This document shows positions 1-8,092 of a stretch of DNA of 24,037 bases, one piece after another. The notes under the pieces were generated by a model that was not told the DNA's origin, ran no database searches, and saw nothing but the letters and a program-made list of their open reading frames with translations. Origin of the DNA: a virus. Lineage: Duplodnaviria; Caudoviricetes. Location: positions 1 through 24,037 of the IMG/VR virus record IMGVR_UViG_3300020379_000508; one strand, 5' to 3'. Position 1 is the stretch's first letter, and the number at the start of each line of letters is the position of its first letter. The position numbers and the translations under genes were made by a program.

Positions 1-1
1 A

Positions 2-118
2 TTCGTAGACTATGACTTGCAGTTCGATAAATCTTTTGTTGAACCACTCAAAAATATTGTTCAATTAATAAATTGGAATGTAGAACCTGTTGCATCACTT
101 GACAGTTTCTTCTCATGA
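2..118 (+). CDS. 43: T4-like family B DNA polymerase gp43, C-terminal fragment (partial at window edge)
   Basis: Frame from nt 2 reads FVDYDLQFDKSFVEPLKNIVQLINWNVEPVASLDSFFS*, matching the gp43 C-terminus (DY..QF.K.F.EPL...W) ending in a SLDxFF clamp-binding tail; lies upstream of uvsX/41 as in T4-like phages. Confidence 0.9.
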   Translation, partial: FVDYDLQFDKSFVEPLKNIVQLINWNVEPVASLDSFFS

Positions 119-912
119 TAATAAAAGAAGTAGATTACAGAGTTGCGACTTTATTTCTACAGAAATGGCACTACTCACCTATAATACCTAAACTCACGAA
201 ACATTGGTTGGGTTGTTATGTAAACGAAGAGTTAGTAGGTGTGTTATCATTAGGGTGGGGAACTAGACCTAAACATACGATACAAGTTTTATTTCCAGAA
301 CTAACATCTGCCGACTACTTTGAGATAGGTAAAATGGCAATGACAGATGATATGCCTAAAAATTCAGAGAGTCAGATGTTATCATTAGTCGTCAAATGGA
401 TTAGACAACATCTAAGAATTAGATATCTATTTACATGGGCAGACGGCATCGTAGGTAAAGTTGGGTATGTATATCAGTCTGCAAACTTCTTGTATGGTGG
501 TTTTTCTGAAACAGATTTATATGTGACAGAGAATGGTGAGAAAGTTCACCCTAGAACTATGCAAGGTATTTTACCTAATACAGATGGTAAGAAATATGGC
601 CATAGACCAAATTACGAACAAAGAATAGACTTGAATTTAAAAAGAGTCAAAGGCAAACAATACAAATATATTTACCCTATCAATAAAGATGATAGAGAGT
701 ATCTATCTAACTCAACAGTAGACTGGTCAATAAAATATCCGAAAGATGATAACTTAGAATGGAAAGTTATGGCGCCAGGTGAAAAAGAATGGACACCAGT
801 GAGTGAGATACCATTCATATACAACAAAGATTTTCAAGAGTTCAATAGTAGAAATGTAAATAAGATAGAAGATAAGTTTGGTAATGCGAGTCTTGATTCT
901 TTCTTTACCTAA
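115..912 (+). CDS. Mom-like (GNAT-fold) DNA base-modification protein with C-terminal sliding-clamp-binding motif
   Basis: Motifs resembling Mu Mom-family proteins: HYS near the N-terminus, EIGKMAM..DMPKNSES, TWADG..G.VGYVYQSANFLYGG, KQYKYIYPI; C-terminus ASLDSFFT; ATGA overlap with gp43 stop. Confidence 0.75.
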   Translation: MIIKEVDYRVATLFLQKWHYSPIIPKLTKHWLGCYVNEELVGVLSLGWGTRPKHTIQVLFPELTSADYFEIGKMAMTDDMPKNSESQMLSLVVKWIRQHLRIRYLFTWADGIVGKVGYVYQSANFLYGGFSETDLYVTENGEKVHPRTMQGILPNTDGKKYGHRPNYEQRIDLNLKRVKGKQYKYIYPINKDDREYLSNSTVDWSIKYPKDDNLEWKVMAPGEKEWTPVSEIPFIYNKDFQEFNSRNVNKIEDKFGNASLDSFFT

Positions 913-915
913 ATA
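908..915 (+). promoter_or_regulatory. T4-type late promoter variant (CCTAAATA) 5 nt upstream of iscU ATG
   Basis: TAAATA core overlapping the upstream stop codon; same 5-nt spacing to ATG as at 11919 and 21251. Confidence 0.5.
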
Positions 916-920
916 ACATT

Positions 921-1343
921 ATGGCATACAGTAAAAAAGTAATAGACAGGTTCAATTCTGTCTTGAATAATCCAGAAGCACATTCAGTGGGCAGATTTGA
1001 CCCTAAAGACCCAATGGTCGCAACGGGAATGACAGGCGCACCTGCATGTGGCGATGTGATGAAACTACAAATTAAACTTGATGATGATGAAAAGATTGTC
1101 GATGTCAAGTTTAAAACATATGGTTGTGGTTCTGCAATTGCAAGTTCAACTATGTTTGTTGATATGCTGAGAGGTAAAACAATAGAAGAGGCAAAACAAG
1201 TCAAAGATAAAGATATCGCACAAGCACTTGAATTGCCACCAATCAAATTACATTGTTCAGTTCTTGCAGAAGATTCTATCAAGAAGGCAATAGAAGATTG
1301 GGAAAAAAAGAAGGAGCATAGGCAACACAACTATTATGTATAG
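921..1343 (+). CDS. iscU: Fe-S cluster assembly scaffold IscU
   Basis: MAYS.KV start, GAPACGDVMKLQ, KFKTYGCGSAIASS, LPPIKLHCSVLAEDSI; all three conserved Cys and the HscA-binding LPPxK motif present. Confidence 0.96.
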   Translation: MAYSKKVIDRFNSVLNNPEAHSVGRFDPKDPMVATGMTGAPACGDVMKLQIKLDDDEKIVDVKFKTYGCGSAIASSTMFVDMLRGKTIEEAKQVKDKDIAQALELPPIKLHCSVLAEDSIKKAIEDWEKKKEHRQHNYYV

Positions 1344-1773
1344 ATATAAAGTAAAAGTAGTCAAAGTCGTGGACGGTGATACCGTAGATGTAGATATCGA
1401 TCTAGGATTTGGCATGTCGTATAAAAAACAAAGAGTAAGGATGTTAGGCATCGATACACCTGAGAGTCGAACAAGAGACTTAGTAGAAAAGAAATTTGGT
1501 AAAGCATCAAAGGCACATCTGAAAAGTATTTTAGAAAGTGATAGTATTGAATTAGTATCACATGACAAAGGTAAGTTTGGAAGAATACTAGGTGAATTAT
1601 TTTTAGGTGATTCATTGTATTCAATCAATCAACAGATGATTGATGAACATCATGCAGTCGCATACACAGGCGGAAACAAAGATGATGTTGATGCACAACA
1701 CATGAAGAACAGAGAGATTCTTGTTGAACAAGGCGTAGTGGTCTTAGAGACACAATCAGAATTAGAACTATGA
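1336..1773 (+). CDS. Staphylococcal-nuclease-like (thermonuclease) protein
   Basis: VVDGDTVDVDIDLGF, RVRMLGIDTPESRT and GKFGRILG are SNase active-site motifs. Confidence 0.9.
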   Translation: MYRYKVKVVKVVDGDTVDVDIDLGFGMSYKKQRVRMLGIDTPESRTRDLVEKKFGKASKAHLKSILESDSIELVSHDKGKFGRILGELFLGDSLYSINQQMIDEHHAVAYTGGNKDDVDAQHMKNREILVEQGVVVLETQSELEL

Positions 1774-1964
1774 TAATATCAATAATGGACATATTTTATA
1801 TGTTTATGATTGCAGTGATATGTGGTTTTGTAATTCATCTAGAATCACAAGTCACTATGATATTAAAAATGTTAGAAGAGAGATACAGATTTGAGGACAA
1901 ACTTTGCGACCAATCAAAGAAGAATGATTTTGAAAATCGTCTAGACAAAATATCAAAAGATTGA
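1770..1964 (+). CDS. Small hypothetical membrane protein
   Basis: 64 aa; ATGA coupling to upstream stop; one hydrophobic N-terminal segment (IFYMFMIAVICGFVI). Confidence 0.65.
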   Translation: MIISIMDIFYMFMIAVICGFVIHLESQVTMILKMLEERYRFEDKLCDQSKKNDFENRLDKISKD

Positions 1965-1970
1965 TATACT
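1942..1970 (+). promoter_or_regulatory. Sigma70-type promoter upstream of uvsX
   Basis: TAGACA (1942-1947), 17-nt spacer, TATACT (1965-1970); SD-like GAGAGGTG precedes the uvsX ATG. Confidence 0.7.
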
Positions 1971-2004
1971 GTATACATAAATTAAATTATGAGAGGTGTG
2001 ATTT

Positions 2005-3057
2005 ATGTCATTTATTAAAGATTTAGTAAAAGCGACTGGCAACGACTATGCAAATATCGTTGCAGAGGGCGTATCTGCTGGTGATGTTGATTCCTTTGTA
2101 GACACAGGGAGTTATATATTCAACGCTCTATTATCTGGTTCACTTTATGGTGGACTACCAGCAAACAAAATTACAGCAATCGCAGGTGAGTCTGCGACAG
2201 GTAAAACTTTCTTCGCATTAGGAATGGTCAAACAGTTTCTAGAAGATAATCCTGATTCTGCTGTAATCTATTTCGAGTCTGAATCTGCAATCACTAAAGA
2301 GATGATTGAAGAGAGAGGCATCGATTCAAACAGAATGATTATTGTTCCTGTTGTCACTGTTCAAGAGTTCAGACAACAATCAATATCAATTCTCGACAAA
2401 TATCTTGAAACAGACGAGTCAGAAAGACCGCCTATGATGTTTTGTTTAGATTCACTTGGTATGTTATCAACTACAAAAGAAATTGAAGACACAGCGGCTG
2501 GTAAAGAAACAAGAGATATGACTCGTGCTCAGATTGTCAAAGGTGCATTCAGAGTTTTAACTTTAAAACTTGGTCGTGCAAAAGTTCCTATGATAGTGAC
2601 TAATCACACATACGATGTTATTGGTTCTATGTTCCCTACAAAAGAAATGGGTGGTGGTTCAGGTTTAAAATATGCCGCTTCATCAATCGTATATCTTTCT
2701 AAGAGAAAAGAAAAAGAAGGAACAGAAGTAGTCGGTAATATAATACATTGTAAGAATGCAAAATCTAGATTAACTGTTGAAAACAGAATCGTAGATGTTA
2801 GATTAACATATGATAAAGGTCTTGATAGATATTATGGTCTGCTTGATCTTGCATTAGATAGTGGTGTTTTTGAGAAATCATCTACTAGAGTGTTATTACC
2901 TACAGGCAAAACTGAGTTTGGTAAAACTATTAATAACAATCCAGAAAAATACTTCACAGAAGATGTAATGGAAAAATTAGAAAAAGTTGTAAACGGATAT
3001 TTTAAATATGGAAACGAGAATCGAGAACACGATAATCAAGAATCTGATTCAGAATGA
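2005..3057 (+). CDS. uvsX: RecA-like recombinase UvsX
   Basis: Walker [10 protein letters not shown], Walker B-like [24 protein letters not shown]; adjacent to gp41. Confidence 0.96.
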   Translation: MSFIKDLVKATGNDYANIVAEGVSAGDVDSFVDTGSYIFNALLSGSLYGGLPANKITAIAGESATGKTFFALGMVKQFLEDNPDSAVIYFESESAITKEMIEERGIDSNRMIIVPVVTVQEFRQQSISILDKYLETDESERPPMMFCLDSLGMLSTTKEIEDTAAGKETRDMTRAQIVKGAFRVLTLKLGRAKVPMIVTNHTYDVIGSMFPTKEMGGGSGLKYAASSIVYLSKRKEKEGTEVVGNIIHCKNAKSRLTVENRIVDVRLTYDKGLDRYYGLLDLALDSGVFEKSSTRVLLPTGKTEFGKTINNNPEKYFTEDVMEKLEKVVNGYFKYGNENREHDNQESDSE

Positions 3058-4378
3058 AACTTATACTAGAAAAGTAATACCTTTTGTCAAGTCTGAGTAT
3101 TTCACCGAATCATCTGAAAAACTAGTATTCGAAGAGATAGTAAACTATTTCGAAAAGTATACTAAAAGTCCTACAGTTGAAGCACTTCTCATTAATCTTG
3201 ATAATGTGACTTCGAAAGGAGATGCAATAGTCAAGTCCTCAAAACAACTTGTAGAAAACATCAAAGCAGATGATACACCTTTAGATTGGTTGATAGATGA
3301 AACTGAAAAGTGGTGCAAAGATAGAGCAATCTACATTGCAGTCATGGACAGTATAGAAGTCTTAGACGAGAAATCTAAAAGGTCAACTGGTGAAATACCA
3401 GACTTACTCAAAGACGCTCTCTCAGTATCATTCGATACACATATTGGTCACGACCAGTTAGAAGATGCTGACGAGAGATTTGAGTTTTACAATACAGAAG
3501 AAGAGAAGATGCCTTTTGATCTTGAATATTTCAACAAGATTACAAAAGGTGGTCTACCTAACAAGACACTAAACATTTGTCTGGCAGGAACTGGTGTTGG
3601 TAAATCATTGTTCATGTGCCATATGGCATCTAACTGTTTACTCATGGGTAAAAATGTTCTTTACATTACTATGGAGATGAGTGAAGAAAGAATCGCAGAG
3701 AGAATTGATTCTAATGTTATGAATGTGCCAATGAAAGAACTGCCAGATATATCCAAGAAAGAATATGATAAGAAGATTGAAAGAATCAAAAACAAAACAA
3801 CAGGAAAATTAATCATCAAAGAATATCCTACAGCAGCTGCTCATGTGGGACATTTCAGACATTTACTACAAGAACTAAACATTAAGAAAGATTTTAGACC
3901 AGACATAATTTTTATTGACTATCTAAACATTTGTGCATCACATAGAATCAAACCAGGTTCAGGTGCAAACTCTTACACACTAGTAAAGAGTATTGCAGAA
4001 GAACTTAGAGGTCTTGCAGTTGAACATGATGTGCCTATGGTATCTGCAACTCAGACTACAAGAAGTGGTTATGGTTCTACAGATATCGGTTTAGAAGATA
4101 CATCAGAATCTTTTGGTCTGCCTGCAACTGCCGACTTAATGTTCGCACTGATTACATCAGAAGAACTAGAAGACTTAGACCAGTTGGTTGTCAAACAGTT
4201 GAAAAACAGATATAATGACCCTACAATTTTCAAAAGATTTGTAATTGGTATTGATAGAAGTAGAATGAAACTGTATGATGTAGAACAAGAAGCACAAGAA
4301 GAATTGATTGATAGTATAGATGTTGATGATACACCAGTATTTGATAGGAGTGAAAAGTTTAGAGACTTTAAAGTATAA
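3008..4378 (+). CDS. 41: Replicative DNA helicase gp41 (DnaB-like)
   Basis: Walker [51 protein letters not shown]; overlaps uvsX by 50 nt. Confidence 0.97.
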   Translation: METRIENTIIKNLIQNETYTRKVIPFVKSEYFTESSEKLVFEEIVNYFEKYTKSPTVEALLINLDNVTSKGDAIVKSSKQLVENIKADDTPLDWLIDETEKWCKDRAIYIAVMDSIEVLDEKSKRSTGEIPDLLKDALSVSFDTHIGHDQLEDADERFEFYNTEEEKMPFDLEYFNKITKGGLPNKTLNICLAGTGVGKSLFMCHMASNCLLMGKNVLYITMEMSEERIAERIDSNVMNVPMKELPDISKKEYDKKIERIKNKTTGKLIIKEYPTAAAHVGHFRHLLQELNIKKDFRPDIIFIDYLNICASHRIKPGSGANSYTLVKSIAEELRGLAVEHDVPMVSATQTTRSGYGSTDIGLEDTSESFGLPATADLMFALITSEELEDLDQLVVKQLKNRYNDPTIFKRFVIGIDRSRMKLYDVEQEAQEELIDSIDVDDTPVFDRSEKFRDFKV

Positions 4379-5655
4379 TGGAACCATTTGTTCAGAAACA
4401 ATACGATGAATATAAGGCAAACTATGTCGAGAAAGAGGTCATGTCAAAATATGATCTTCGACAAAGAATCATTGACGACTTATCATATGTTTCTAAAATG
4501 AGTGTTGGTGAATACACACTGTATCAAAAGTATCTAGAAATACAACAAAGATATCCTTCACAAGAAATGGGCACATTATTTGGTGCATCAAAACAGTTAG
4601 TCAATGAAGACCATATCAAACTAATTAACGAAAGTAAAAACAATATTTGGTTTCCAGAAGACCCTATGGACTTTGAGAAACTAGAACCTGAATTAATTTA
4701 CACTGATCTAGATAACGACAGACAATCAGCAGGTTCTTGGCCAGAGAAATGGAATTGTGTAAGAACATTTACTTCTACTATGAAGAACAGTTCTAATATA
4801 GGTCGTAATCTACATTACATAGTCAGAGATAAAGTCACAGGCAAATATCTTGGTGTTATCTGTATCACAGGTGACTTCATTGACTTGACACCTAGAGATG
4901 ATTACATCGGGTGGGAAAGAGAATACAAAACAAATAGTGGTAAACTAAACAACACTTGTATTGGTTCTACAATAGTGCCATTACAACCACTAGGTTTTAA
5001 TTACACAGGTGGTAAATTACTTGCACTACTTTGTCTATCAGATGATATACAGAATCAATGGCAAAAGAACTACGGAGATAAACTTGTTAGTGTGACAACT
5101 ACATCTTTATATGGTAAATCTAAAACAGGTGGTCTATCACAATACGATAGACTCAAACACTGGAAGAAAATGGGTTACAGTAAAGGTTCTTTATCATATG
5201 AGTTGACAAAAGAAACAGAAAAGGAAATGTTGAAGTATGCAGAGAAACATTACAACGACAGATACTTTATGTTATATGTTGCGAAGAGAGAGAATGGCCA
5301 GACATTGAAAAGAGACCACAGAAATCGTATGAGACAGTTCATTTATTCACAACTTAAAATACCAAAAGATATTATTAAGTCAGAACATCAAAGAGGCATA
5401 TATTATTCTACACTTTATGATAACTCACGAGAGTTTCTTAGAGGTGAGATAGAAGAGAAAGATTTAGTAAAGTCTTTTGATACATCTACTGAGGCATTAT
5501 CAGAATTGTGGAAAGAAAGATATGCGAGAAAAAGAATAACCAATTTAGTCAAGAATGACAGAACAAATCTTACAGAGACATTGTTCTATGATGATGTTTG
5601 TTTTATGTCATGGGCAGAGACTAAAGAAAAATATTTAGGAGAAGTAGGAAGATGA
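4378..5655 (+). CDS. DUF4338 / Druantia DruA-like protein
   Basis: GRNLHYIVRD...LGVI, RDDYIGW, IVPLQPLG.NYTGGKLLALL, VTTTSLYGKS, SQYDRL..W..MG.SKG resemble the DruA/DUF4338 family (recognised from memory); coupled to gp41 stop. Confidence 0.7.
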   Translation: MEPFVQKQYDEYKANYVEKEVMSKYDLRQRIIDDLSYVSKMSVGEYTLYQKYLEIQQRYPSQEMGTLFGASKQLVNEDHIKLINESKNNIWFPEDPMDFEKLEPELIYTDLDNDRQSAGSWPEKWNCVRTFTSTMKNSSNIGRNLHYIVRDKVTGKYLGVICITGDFIDLTPRDDYIGWEREYKTNSGKLNNTCIGSTIVPLQPLGFNYTGGKLLALLCLSDDIQNQWQKNYGDKLVSVTTTSLYGKSKTGGLSQYDRLKHWKKMGYSKGSLSYELTKETEKEMLKYAEKHYNDRYFMLYVAKRENGQTLKRDHRNRMRQFIYSQLKIPKDIIKSEHQRGIYYSTLYDNSREFLRGEIEEKDLVKSFDTSTEALSELWKERYARKRITNLVKNDRTNLTETLFYDDVCFMSWAETKEKYLGEVGR

Positions 5656-5834
5656 TTGCGACTTTAAGTAGAAATGACTATCGACAGTTCAACGAGAACA
5701 TCGGTATATTACAAGAGGCAGGTACCGAGATACCGTTTATTGTGACACACAATGAAGATGATACATTTACTGTTGAGTTAAAGACAGATTTAACAGCAGA
5801 ACAGTTAGATGAGATTATGGCAAATGCAAGTTAG
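5652..5834 (+). CDS. Small acidic hypothetical protein
   Basis: 60 aa, ATGA coupling, AGGA upstream. Confidence 0.65.
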   Translation: MIATLSRNDYRQFNENIGILQEAGTEIPFIVTHNEDDTFTVELKTDLTAEQLDEIMANAS

Positions 5835-6270
5835 ACACATACAAGAGAAAGATTGGGAGGCATGCTGGCAGATACAGAGGTCAGAACACCCACATAATGC
5901 ACCTTTTAGTGCCGATACTTGGTTGTTTATTTGTAAAAATCTAACAGATTCTTTTGTAGTTGTAGACGAAGATGATACAGCTGTTGGTTATTGGATTGGT
6001 GTGTTAAAAATCAATCCACATGAAAAGACACCAGACATATGGTGTCTTGCAATAGATGTATGCACACATAGAGATTACAGAGAGTCAGGCGCTATGGATT
6101 TAGTTATGCCTGTTGCGACACAATATCATCAGAGAATATATGCATTCACTCAAAAAGAAAACAAACCTGCTGAGGGCATAATGACAAAGTGGGGTTTTGA
6201 AAAAGGGTGGTATCGAGATGACCTCGATATGCATTACTGGACTTATGAGAGAGAAGAAAATGTTTCCTAA
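5824..6270 (+). CDS. GNAT-family N-acetyltransferase
   Basis: N-terminal VRHIQEKD, VVVDEDDTAVGY strand, motif A variant VCTHRDYRESGA, EN.PA....KWGF; start at 5824 (MQVRH) preferred over 5809. Confidence 0.75.
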   Translation: MQVRHIQEKDWEACWQIQRSEHPHNAPFSADTWLFICKNLTDSFVVVDEDDTAVGYWIGVLKINPHEKTPDIWCLAIDVCTHRDYRESGAMDLVMPVATQYHQRIYAFTQKENKPAEGIMTKWGFEKGWYRDDLDMHYWTYEREENVS

Positions 6271-6721
6271 AATATCTGCACCAATAGCCACATTCTTTTT
6301 AAGAATACCTTTATCAGCAATGTTCTTGCAACAAGGACTTAGTAAACTTCCTGTCACAGGTGCAACAGCAGAGGCATGGGGATTACCATATATCGTATGG
6401 TGGTTTGTCACATGGGGAGAGATAGGCGCCGCTATCGGTTTGATTGCAGGTGGTCTTTTGGGTTTGATACCATGGCATGCTAGACATTTCTTTCTTGCAA
6501 GAATCGGCAGAAATCAACCTGCATTCAAATGGTTTGTAGAAGAGTTAGGTGATCTTACAACGAGATTTAGTGGTATCACTATGACTTGTATTGCAACTGG
6601 TGTTATATGGATTCTGAGTCCTGCTAGTTTATGGGATGTAATCTACAAAGACTATCTACATGTCAGTTTATATGTTGGTGGTTTATACTTTGCACTCAGA
6701 GGAAACGCCAAATATATTTGA
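6260..6721 (+). CDS. DoxX-like membrane protein
   Basis: FLRIPLSAMFLQQGLSKL, WGEIGAAIGLIAG and TR.SG are DoxX-type motifs; about 4 hydrophobic segments; start 6260 overlaps upstream stop. Confidence 0.75.
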   Translation: MFPKISAPIATFFLRIPLSAMFLQQGLSKLPVTGATAEAWGLPYIVWWFVTWGEIGAAIGLIAGGLLGLIPWHARHFFLARIGRNQPAFKWFVEELGDLTTRFSGITMTCIATGVIWILSPASLWDVIYKDYLHVSLYVGGLYFALRGNAKYI

Positions 6722-6728
6722 CCAGAGC

Positions 6729-6758
6729 TTGACAATAGGTCTCACTTTTTAGTATGAT
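6729..6758 (+). promoter_or_regulatory. Sigma70-type early promoter
   Basis: TTGACA (6729-6734), 18-nt spacer, TATGAT (6753-6758); ATG 6765 lies 6 nt after the -10 with no SD. Confidence 0.8.
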
Positions 6759-6764
6759 CTAAGT

Positions 6765-7004
6765 ATGAAAAAAGTAAGTATAAAAGGTTTCCCAATCTAC
6801 AATGGCGTTGTCAATGACGGTGCTATCATAGAGATACCTATACCAGCAGACTTAGTAGAATTGGCTTTAGATAAAAGTCAAGATGAGGGTGCTAAATGGG
6901 ACTTAATGTGTTCTAAATTACCAGAATATGGTTTTATGAACCCTATCGGTAAAATGTCTATAGAAAAAATTTCTATAGATGGTGAATGGAAGGATTTCCA
7001 CTAA
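6765..7004 (+). CDS. Hypothetical protein (early)
   Basis: 79-aa ORF directly after the promoter, TAATG-coupled to the next gene. Confidence 0.75.
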   Translation: MKKVSIKGFPIYNGVVNDGAIIEIPIPADLVELALDKSQDEGAKWDLMCSKLPEYGFMNPIGKMSIEKISIDGEWKDFH

Positions 7005-7468
7005 TGAGAAAAGAAAGAATTATTAATCAAAAAATTATCTTCGATATAGACGGCACTATTGCCGATTGTGAACATCGTAGATGTTTTGTTGATGGTTCAC
7101 AAGCAAAAGATTGGGACAGATTTAGAGAAGAGACAGTAAACGATACACCTATTCAATGGGTATGTGATATCGCAAAAAGATTCATTGCAAGTGGTGATGA
7201 TGTTGCATTCTTTAGTGCAAGAAACGAATCACAAAGGGAGATCACCGAGAAACAAATCTCAGACTGGATTGGTGATGGTCATAAAGGAGTATTTTTAAGA
7301 CCAGATGGTGATTACAGAAGTGATGTTGAGTTCAAAAGAGAACTTGCAAACAAGTTTTTAGATATGGGTGGCAAAATCGATCTTATCTTCGATGATAGAC
7401 AATGTGTTGTTGATATGTGGAGAGATGAGGGTTTTGTAGTAGTTCAAGTTGCAGACGGAGATTTTTGA
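7004..7468 (+). CDS. HAD-family phosphatase, stand-alone T4 PseT/PNK 3'-phosphatase-like domain
   Basis: IFDIDGTIAD (DxDGT), SAR, D..K, FDDRQCVVDMWR match the phosphatase half of T4 polynucleotide kinase; start 7004 from TAATG overlap. Confidence 0.88.
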   Translation: MRKERIINQKIIFDIDGTIADCEHRRCFVDGSQAKDWDRFREETVNDTPIQWVCDIAKRFIASGDDVAFFSARNESQREITEKQISDWIGDGHKGVFLRPDGDYRSDVEFKRELANKFLDMGGKIDLIFDDRQCVVDMWRDEGFVVVQVADGDF

Positions 7469-7647
7469 TGAAACAGTTATGGCACGATTACATGAATTAC
7501 TTTGATATCCTGGATGACATACAAGAAGATGGTCAAATAAATATGTTTGAGGCACCTAGAGTGTTAAGAGATATGTTTGATTTAGATAAACAAGAATCAT
7601 TCGCAATAGTTGAAGAGTGGATGAAATCTAAAGAAAAAAAAGTATAG
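7465..7647 (+). CDS. Small conserved-looking phage hypothetical protein
   Basis: 60 aa, GGAG SD, overlap with upstream stop; LD.....G.INMF.A...L...F.L......I..EWM pattern that I recall from small phage proteins. Confidence 0.75.
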   Translation: MMKQLWHDYMNYFDILDDIQEDGQINMFEAPRVLRDMFDLDKQESFAIVEEWMKSKEKKV

Positions 7648-7664
7648 TTTTTTTCGCCAAAAGG

Positions 7665-7694
7665 TTGACAATGACATCGCTTTTTTCGTATACT
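7665..7694 (+). promoter_or_regulatory. Strong sigma70-type promoter driving an ORF-free transcript
   Basis: TTGACA (7665-7670), 18-nt spacer, TATACT (7689-7694), with A/T tracts upstream (UP-element-like). Confidence 0.85.
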
Positions 7695-7700
7695 ATCCAT

Positions 7701-8062
7701 AGTGAGATAACACTTAAACATCAAAGGGCTTGAAAGTGCGACCTTTTAAAAATTAGAGAAACTTTCCTTGACAAGACATTGTTTAAAGCAGTCTGGGTAG
7801 CGCAAGAATGGTGAGGAGAAGGAGCCCCCTCCCCTACTTTAAACAGTTAGACAAGAACAGAACACTGCTTATTAGGTATTGGATGGATGTAGTTCTTGTT
7901 GACCGTAAGGTTGGTCTAAGTGTTTCGGCAGAGCGCCGAGTTCTGATAGACCTATTCAAAACTTCAGAACAATAATTGCACATGTCGATTGTTTAGTAGA
8001 ATCTGACGACATAGAAAAACCAAAACTACTCTTAAAAACCACCTTTTCAAGGTGGTTTTTTT
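7701..8062 (+). ncRNA. Candidate structured non-coding RNA (~350 nt), family not recognised
   Basis: No + strand ORF in the track; own promoter and terminator; perfect nested stems 7709-7716/7917-7924, 7780-7788/7837-7845, 7851-7858/7892-7899, GACC-GTAA-GGTT tetraloop hairpin 7901-7912, 7925-7929/7935-7939, 7940-7946/7964-7970, 7982-7987/8007-8012. Confidence 0.7.
8034..8062 (+). terminator. Rho-independent terminator (possibly bidirectional)
   Basis: AAAAACCACCTT-TTC-AAGGTGGTTTTT TT: perfect 12-bp inverted repeat ending in a U tract. Confidence 0.9.
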
Positions 8063-8074
8063 GTTATATAATGG

Positions 8075-8082
8075 GATAAATA
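8075..8082 (+). promoter_or_regulatory. T4-type late promoter variant GATAAATA
   Basis: Immediately after the terminator, 10 nt before ATG 8093. Confidence 0.55.
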
Positions 8083-8092
8083 GAATTATATC

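Noticed and set aside
2005-4378. Inteins, introns or frameshift in uvsX/41, prompted by the 50-nt overlap
   Set aside because: Both proteins are normal length with continuous motifs; the overlap only encodes an acidic UvsX tail
4558-4584. SQEMGTLFG as a possible clamp-binding motif in the DruA-like protein
   Set aside because: Short, internal and a weak match compared with the SLDSFF tails; cannot be supported by eye
4378-5655. Complete Druantia defence system
   Set aside because: Only a DruA-like gene is present; no DruE helicase or other partners, and the context is phage replication
7768-7773. Second TTGACA inside the ncRNA
   Set aside because: No -10 hexamer at 16-18 nt spacing
7857-7872. 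ACAGAACACTGCTTAT resembles the 3' conserved region of RNase P RNA
   Set aside because: No GAGGAAAGUC-type 5' partner with the bulged-U P4 helix in the right place, and the motif lies mid-transcript; kept only as a hypothesis for a covariance-model search
7701-8033. tmRNA, tRNA or group I intron identity for the ncRNA
   Set aside because: No tRNA-like acceptor/T-arm with CCA end, no evident tag ORF, no P7 core motifs, and it does not interrupt a gene
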